From Armatimonadota bacterium (GTDB lineage Bacteria > Armatimonadota > UBA5829 > DTLH01), in contig JBBRAE010000030.1 of NCBI GenBank assembly GCA_038207085.1, forward strand, positions 1 through 33,831: 33,831 nt of DNA. Direction: 5' to 3'. The position numbers and the translations under genes are program-made. The notes under the pieces were generated by a model. The model ran no database searches. It had not been told where the DNA came from and saw nothing but the letters and a program-made list of their open reading frames with translations. Positions 28,830-33,831 of this stretch are shown here, one piece after another (position 1 is the stretch's first letter; every line of letters starts with the position of its first letter).

Positions 28830-30140
28830 ATGCCAGACGTGATCATGCCCAAGATGAGCGACTCGATGGAAGAAGGCAAGGTGCTTCGATGGATCAAGTC
28901 GCAGGGTGACCAGGTAGAAAAAGGCGAGCCGATCGCTGAGATCGAGACCGACAAGGCAAACGTGGAGCTTGAATCCCCCGAAAGCGGCGTTTTGTCTGAG
29001 ATTTCAGCACAGGAAGGCGACACGGTCGACGTCGGATCTGTAATCGCCAGGATCGGCGAGCAGGGAGATATCGCAGGGAGCAAAGGCGGCGCGGCAGCGC
29101 CTGAAGCGCCACCATCTGAAGAACAGGCCGCACCACCACCGCCAATCGCAGATGAACAGCCCGTCGAGCATCCGAGAGCTGAAGCAAAACCCAGCCCACC
29201 CGAGGCTAAAGCTCCTGAGCACGAAGAGCTCCAAGGCATCAAGGCTTCCCCTCTCGCTCGGAGAATTGCGGCTGACGCCGGAATCGACCTACGGGACATA
29301 ACAGGAACCGGCCCTGCAGGACGTATCGTAGAAGCCGACGTGCGTGATCGCTTGGAGAAAGAAACCACGGCGAGGGAACCAGAACGCCCCGCGCCAACCC
29401 CGCAAAAGCAAACAGAGCGCCCAAAGTCCGAAACCGCCATTCCAGAGCCACTCATTGGTCGAGTGCTCGATATCGGAAGCATCTGGCAAGTTGTCGGCAA
29501 GCGCACTCAAGAGAGCAAGCAGCAGGCGCCGCACTTCTATGTGACGATGCAAGCGGATATGGAGGAGGCGCTCAAGATGCGCGAGTGGATAAACGCCTCG
29601 CGTGCGCCGGAGCGTCAGCTGTCCGTAAACGACATCGTCGTCAAAGCCTGTGCAGTAGCGCTTCTTAAGCACCCGACTCTGAATTCCTCGCTGATCGATC
29701 AAGGGCACATCAAGATCCACGACACTATCGACATCGGCATCGCTGTCGCGCTTCCCAATGGTCTTGTTGCGCCCGTCGTGCGAAACTGCGAGAGAAAGAC
29801 GCTTTCGCTTATCTCCGATGAAGCCCGCGAACTCGTCGCAAAGACCCGTTCGGGGAATATCCGGCCCGAGAACTACGAAGGCGGCACATTCACCGTGTCC
29901 AACCTTGGGATGTATGGGGTAGATGAGTTCATAGCGATCATCAACCCACCGCAGTCGGCTATCCTCGCAGTTGGGGCAGCAATGCCGAGGCCCGTTGTCC
30001 ATGACGGAGAGCTTTCGGTTCGTAACACTATGAGATTGACCGTATCTGGCGACCACCGGGCGACCGATGGGGCACGGGTAGCGGAATTCCTGCGCGATTT
30101 AACAAAACTACTTGAACAGCCAATGGCGTTGATCGAATGA
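28830..30140 (+). CDS. pdhC: Dihydrolipoamide acetyltransferase (E2)
   Basis: Lipoyl domain ETDKA, subunit-binding domain ASPLARR…GTGPAGRI, catalytic DHRATDG; AGGAGG before ATG 28830. Confidence 0.95.
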   Translation: MPDVIMPKMSDSMEEGKVLRWIKSQGDQVEKGEPIAEIETDKANVELESPESGVLSEISAQEGDTVDVGSVIARIGEQGDIAGSKGGAAAPEAPPSEEQAAPPPPIADEQPVEHPRAEAKPSPPEAKAPEHEELQGIKASPLARRIAADAGIDLRDITGTGPAGRIVEADVRDRLEKETTAREPERPAPTPQKQTERPKSETAIPEPLIGRVLDIGSIWQVVGKRTQESKQQAPHFYVTMQADMEEALKMREWINASRAPERQLSVNDIVVKACAVALLKHPTLNSSLIDQGHIKIHDTIDIGIAVALPNGLVAPVVRNCERKTLSLISDEARELVAKTRSGNIRPENYEGGTFTVSNLGMYGVDEFIAIINPPQSAILAVGAAMPRPVVHDGELSVRNTMRLTVSGDHRATDGARVAEFLRDLTKLLEQPMALIE

Positions 30141-30290
30141 CAGCTCAAGTGTGTGACTTTATTACATTGAAAAAGTCTCTATATATTGCTTTATTTATGA
30201 ACATAGGTGGGAACTATTACCTTGGCAGAGTCGTATAGTAAGTAGGAAAAGACCGAAACATCTTTTTCTCCTTTCACCTCCTTTCCTCTG

Positions 30291-30332
30291 GCCCTGGTTT
30301 AGGGAGCACGGCCCTGAACCAGGGCATGTTTT
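30291..30332 (+). terminator. Hairpin, possibly a bidirectional terminator
   Basis: GCCCTGGTTTAGGG / CCCTGAACCAGGGC 14-bp stem (one G-U) followed by ATGTTTT, between convergent genes. Confidence 0.6.
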
Positions 30333-30354
30333 CGTACAGTCCCCAAATGACTTG

Positions 30355-30942
30355 CTAACGCACGGGTGCGGACCTGTTTGCAGGACGGCGCAGCAGGGCG
30401 TCGAGATCAAGATATGCCAATCGAACAGGACGCCCTTCAAAACGCTCAGGAGTATAGATTCCAACCGCAACCCGTCCGTTTCTGATCCCGACAAACCTTG
30501 CTACCCGATGACGCCATACCTCACCTCGCAAAGGATCTGTAACGGCCACATGCGGCGCACCAAGACCACCATCGGCCATCGTAACAAGAAGCGGCGATTT
30601 GCCCGACCGTGCACGTGCCTCGACTACTTTCTGGATCGCGAAGACCTCTGTCATAAGCTTGCGACGCATGCCAGTGGTCACATCATAGCGCCAGAGCGAC
30701 TGGCCTTCGTTCTCATACCCACCCGCACCGTCAGTGCCCGAGTAGACAATCACCCGTCCCTGGGCGATGATCCAGGCGTTCCAGGCACACTCAGTTATGG
30801 TCTGTCTGCGTCCATCGATCTGCGCGATGACCCTTCCAAGCCCACTGCCGTCCTTAATTCGATCTACTCGAACGGACGTCGCAACTTGGGCATGAGCAGT
30901 CACCGTCAACAAGACAAACACAGCAACGAAATTGCGTATCAT
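30355..30942 (-). CDS. Secreted hypothetical protein (beta-rich, TolB-like)
   Basis: GGAGG then ATG 30942; signal peptide ending AHA|Q. Confidence 0.7.
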   Translation of the reverse strand: MIRNFVAVFVLLTVTAHAQVATSVRVDRIKDGSGLGRVIAQIDGRRQTITECAWNAWIIAQGRVIVYSGTDGAGGYENEGQSLWRYDVTTGMRRKLMTEVFAIQKVVEARARSGKSPLLVTMADGGLGAPHVAVTDPLRGEVWRHRVARFVGIRNGRVAVGIYTPERFEGRPVRLAYLDLDALLRRPANRSAPVR

Positions 30943-31256
30943 AGGTAAAACCTCCAATAGAGGACAGTCCGAGTAATTGCTGGAGACGCACTGCTTTTGA
31001 TATCGACCTGCGGCTCGTCCACATTCACGAAGGCTATCCTGAGATCGAAACGAAACTCCGGTGGCGTGCGCGTGGCCCAAAGCGATGCGTTCCGGGCTGA
31101 TGGCATGTGATAAAAGCTCGAATCCACTTCGACCACCGGAAACTGGGTCGAATAGAATGATATCATGTCGGCAGGACGGATGTCCTTGGAGTGGAACGAC
31201 CCCACAAGCGACTTCTCAACCCACGAACATGTGCCCACATAGATTTTGGTCGTCAT
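30939..31256 (-). pseudogene. DUF72 (YecE-family) pseudogene with an internal deletion
   Basis: IYVGTCSW…FPVVEVDSSFY…WATRTPPEFRF joins directly to the late motif IAFVNVDEPQ; only 105 aa. Confidence 0.75.
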
Positions 31257-31281
31257 TACAACCTCCCCCTGCTATATTTGC

Positions 31282-32055
31282 CTAAACCGAGGTGCGAGCA
31301 AACACAATCCCGCCGCTTACGATGATGAAACAGCCAAATACGATACCCATCGCTATCGGGCCGAGGTTAACGGCAAGTAGCGCGCCGAGCGTTCCACCTA
31401 TCGCAGCGGCAACTATGTGGAGGTCGAGCCCGCGCTTCTCCACCCGTCCTGACGTGTAATGTCCAAGTGACAGGAGCGCAGACGCGGGGATGATCGCGCC
31501 GAGCGCCGTTCCCTGAGCGAAGTGCTGCGGGACTGCGAAGAATATCACTAGCAGCGGAACGAGTATCTTGCCACCGGCCAGGCCAGAGATGGAGCCGACG
31601 AACCCCGCAACGCCCCCCACCGCAAGGGCAAGCACGAGTGAAAGCGATGAAGCATGCGCGGGGGTAGACCGTGCGGCGATCAGCACAACCTCCACACCAG
31701 CGGCCACTACCGCGAGCGCGACAACTCTTCGCACGAGGGGAACACTCCTCCCTCGAAGTAGAACAGAAACCACAAGCGCACCGGCAAACGACCCCGCCGC
31801 TGCGCACAAAGCCGCCGCCCAGTAGACGTCGCCGTGGTAGTAATAGACAAGTATCGCGGGAATCGCCGAAGCGAGTATGAGGACCGACACAAGCGCCCGT
31901 GCGTTGGTCGCAGATAGGCCAAAGAGAAACAGCAGGCCGATCGCGCCGATAAAGCCCGGTCCGACGCCAACTAGCCCGGTCAACACCCCAAACAGGAACG
32001 CGAACACCGTTATCAGCCCGCTTTTCAGGCCCCCACGCACATCTTCACGAGACAT
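31282..32055 (-). CDS. Sulfite exporter TauE/SafE (TSUP) family membrane protein
   Basis: Two-fold repeated G…GL(V/A)G.G motif, AQGTAL, about 8 TM segments. Confidence 0.85.
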   Translation of the reverse strand: MSREDVRGGLKSGLITVFAFLFGVLTGLVGVGPGFIGAIGLLFLFGLSATNARALVSVLILASAIPAILVYYYHGDVYWAAALCAAAGSFAGALVVSVLLRGRSVPLVRRVVALAVVAAGVEVVLIAARSTPAHASSLSLVLALAVGGVAGFVGSISGLAGGKILVPLLVIFFAVPQHFAQGTALGAIIPASALLSLGHYTSGRVEKRGLDLHIVAAAIGGTLGALLAVNLGPIAMGIVFGCFIIVSGGIVFARTSV

Positions 32056-32078
32056 TTTATCTTCCTCCGTATCGGCGG

Positions 32079-33260
32079 CTACAAGAAATCAGCGGAGACT
32101 TCGTTTGCGATGAGCAGACCGTCCCATGTGAGCTTCATACGCCTCTCGGACAACTCGATGAGCCCCCTGCCGAGCATATCATTGACCTCACTGGCGTATA
32201 CGTCGGTAAGCTCGACGCCATAGCGGTCTTGGAACGCTGCCAGGTCGACCCCGTCCATCATCCTGAGGCCTAGCATCACAGTCTCACCCATAGACTGACG
32301 CCCCGTGACGGTCTCAGACGACTCGACAGCACCGGCACTCACACGCGCGCGCTCGATGTAGCTGTCTACGGCTCGCTGGTTCGTATAGCGGACGCCACCG
32401 ACATAACCACTCGCTCCCGCACCTAACCCGTAGTAGGACTCGTTTCGCCAATAGACCTGGTTGTGGCGGGACCTGTGGCCGGGCAGAGCGAAGTTCGATA
32501 TTTCGTAGTGCTCGTAGCCTGCGGCACGCAGCGACTCTATAGCGGCGGTATACATCTCGATCTGGAGCGACTCGTCGGGCAACTCTAGCTTGCAGCGACG
32601 TTTCAGATTTCCAAACGGAGTCCCCTCCTCCACCGTGAGTTCGTAGAGCGAGATGTGCTCGGGGAGAAGGGCGACGGCGCTGCCCAGCGTCCTCTGCCAG
32701 TTGTCGATATCCTGCGAGGGAAGTCCGTACATCAGGTCGATGCTGATACTCTCAAACCCTGCTCGGCGAGCTGTCCCAAACGCCTCGACAGCCTCTGCCC
32801 CAGTGTGAATCCGACCCAGCCTCACAAGAGTGGCGTCATCAAACGACTGCACCCCGATGCTCAACCGGTTGAACCCTCCCGTGCGCAGTTCTCTTAGCTT
32901 TTCAAAGTCCACTGTGCCGGGGTTTGCCTCGATGGTAACTTCTACGTCGCCCGTGACGCCGAAGCGCTCGACAATCTCACGGAGCACCCGAGCAAGATCA
33001 CCTGCACGAAGAATCGTAGGGGTGCCACCGCCGAAGTATACCGACGAGAGCGGCGCACCAAATACCGGAGCCGAACGGATTTCGGAGATGAGCGCGCTAA
33101 CGTAACCCGGAGCACGGGACTCTTCTCCAGCGACGGAGTTGAAGTCGCAGTAAAAACACTTTGAGCGGCAAAACGGGATGTGGACGTACGCAGCTTGCGG
33201 CGGTCCGAGCTTCGGGGTGATGTCTGGTATCATAGTTTGTATACGAGAAGGGATGACCAC
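32079..33260 (-). CDS. hemW: Radical SAM heme chaperone HemW (HemN-like)
   Basis: YVHIPFC…CFYCDF, GGGTP, YEISNF, HNQVYW; the start may be the second Met (33233). Confidence 0.93.
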   Translation of the reverse strand: MVIPSRIQTMIPDITPKLGPPQAAYVHIPFCRSKCFYCDFNSVAGEESRAPGYVSALISEIRSAPVFGAPLSSVYFGGGTPTILRAGDLARVLREIVERFGVTGDVEVTIEANPGTVDFEKLRELRTGGFNRLSIGVQSFDDATLVRLGRIHTGAEAVEAFGTARRAGFESISIDLMYGLPSQDIDNWQRTLGSAVALLPEHISLYELTVEEGTPFGNLKRRCKLELPDESLQIEMYTAAIESLRAAGYEHYEISNFALPGHRSRHNQVYWRNESYYGLGAGASGYVGGVRYTNQRAVDSYIERARVSAGAVESSETVTGRQSMGETVMLGLRMMDGVDLAAFQDRYGVELTDVYASEVNDMLGRGLIELSERRMKLTWDGLLIANEVSADFL

Positions 33261-33281
33261 ATATTCGCAGTCATCCCTTCT
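33246..33281. promoter_or_regulatory. 12-bp inverted repeat upstream of or overlapping the hemW start
   Basis: AGAAGGGATGAC-N12-GTCATCCCTTCT, adjacent to a minus-strand TTGACA (33281-33286). Confidence 0.5.
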
Positions 33282-33290
33282 GTCAAGCGT

Positions 33291-33831
33291 CTATTGCAGC
33301 CGCTGCGCACACGTCGGCTGATCGAAGTTCGGCGCGTTGATCATCTGTTGGACGATGTCGGCTGGAGGGCCAGCCGTATACACCATGTTAGGCGCATACC
33401 ACTCAATATCCAAGTTCGCGCCGTTGGAGGCGTAGTTCGAGTTAACCTCAAACACCTCTCCGGTGAACTTCATCATTGTGGTGCCATTGGTCCTACCCGC
33501 ATAGTTGTTGACTATCAGATACCGGCTGTTGGGAAGCTCGATCGCTCTGTATGGGCTAAACGGCACATCAACGGTCTCGCTGTCCTTTCCAGTCATTTTT
33601 CTTGCCAGAGTCCTATAATCAGCTGCGGTCAGCTGCCAGGATATCTGGCCGTCTGAGGCCTTGGCGCGATACACCGCCGATGAGTCACAAATCAGCAACT
33701 CTCCAGTATTACCGAGCACTGAGAAGTATCGCGGCCCCGACAGCCGTATCTTTACGCCACCGCTATAGAGCGTAGTCAACTGACTGAGGACCGCGCTGCC
33801 ATTGCTGTAACTCCATGCCCCATCGCTTGAT
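33291..33831 (-). CDS. C-terminal part of a hypothetical (beta-propeller-like) protein, partial
   Basis: The frame is open to the window edge; beta-strand-rich repeats. Confidence 0.6.
   Translation of the reverse strand, partial: SSDGAWSYSNGSAVLSQLTTLYSGGVKIRLSGPRYFSVLGNTGELLICDSSAVYRAKASDGQISWQLTAADYRTLARKMTGKDSETVDVPFSPYRAIELPNSRYLIVNNYAGRTNGTTMMKFTGEVFEVNSNYASNGANLDIEWYAPNMVYTAGPPADIVQQMINAPNFDQPTCAQRLQ

Noticed and set aside
29080..29240. Pro/Ala/Glu-rich low-complexity stretch
   Set aside because: Ordinary flexible linker of E2
20485..30056. Long antisense ORFs over the nuo/pdh genes
   Set aside because: Shadow frames of GC-rich coding sequence on the opposite strand of well-conserved genes
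30152..30166. CRP/Rex-like box TGTGA…TTACA
   Set aside because: The spacer is 5 nt rather than 6 and one half-site is imperfect
30274..30284. 16S rRNA 3' end (TCACCTCCTTT)
   Set aside because: No other rRNA sequence upstream; only the anti-SD motif is present

Overview
GC-rich bacterial chromosomal window; the lineage cannot be determined from the sequence alone. Positions 1-3250 form a visibly more AT-rich accessory zone. It holds two chunks of secreted/toxin-type genes, each cut mid-gene at both ends and bounded by inverted AAAGGG-ACTGAG-CCC hairpins. Two copies of a ~125-140 bp element carry a strong sigma70 promoter plus what read as the first and last codons of a REP-associated tyrosine transposase (RAYT). 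Next come uvrB, a decayed ISKra4-family IS whose transposase is interrupted in codon 2 by a 75-bp TA-targeting MITE (second copy at 8291), a STAS anti-anti-sigma factor, and a leaderless lexA with a TAGAC-N4-GTCTA palindrome in its promoter. These are followed by an M50-CBS protease, a GAF-GAF-GGDEF-REC-HD-GYP protein, an AmmeMemoRadiSam enzyme, a PAS-PAS-RsbT-like kinase, an SDR, a pilin-like protein, pfkA and a secreted beta-repeat protein. A tightly packed operon (fumC/aspA-nuoB-nuoCD-nuoG-nuoI-lipA-idh-pdhA-pdhB-pdhC) contains only soluble complex I subunits (no nuoA/E/F/H/J-N) and a PDH without E3. The window ends with a candidate sRNA/small ORF, a secreted protein, a DUF72 pseudogene, a TauE/SafE exporter, hemW and a partial CDS. 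All family calls come from motif recognition, not database searches.
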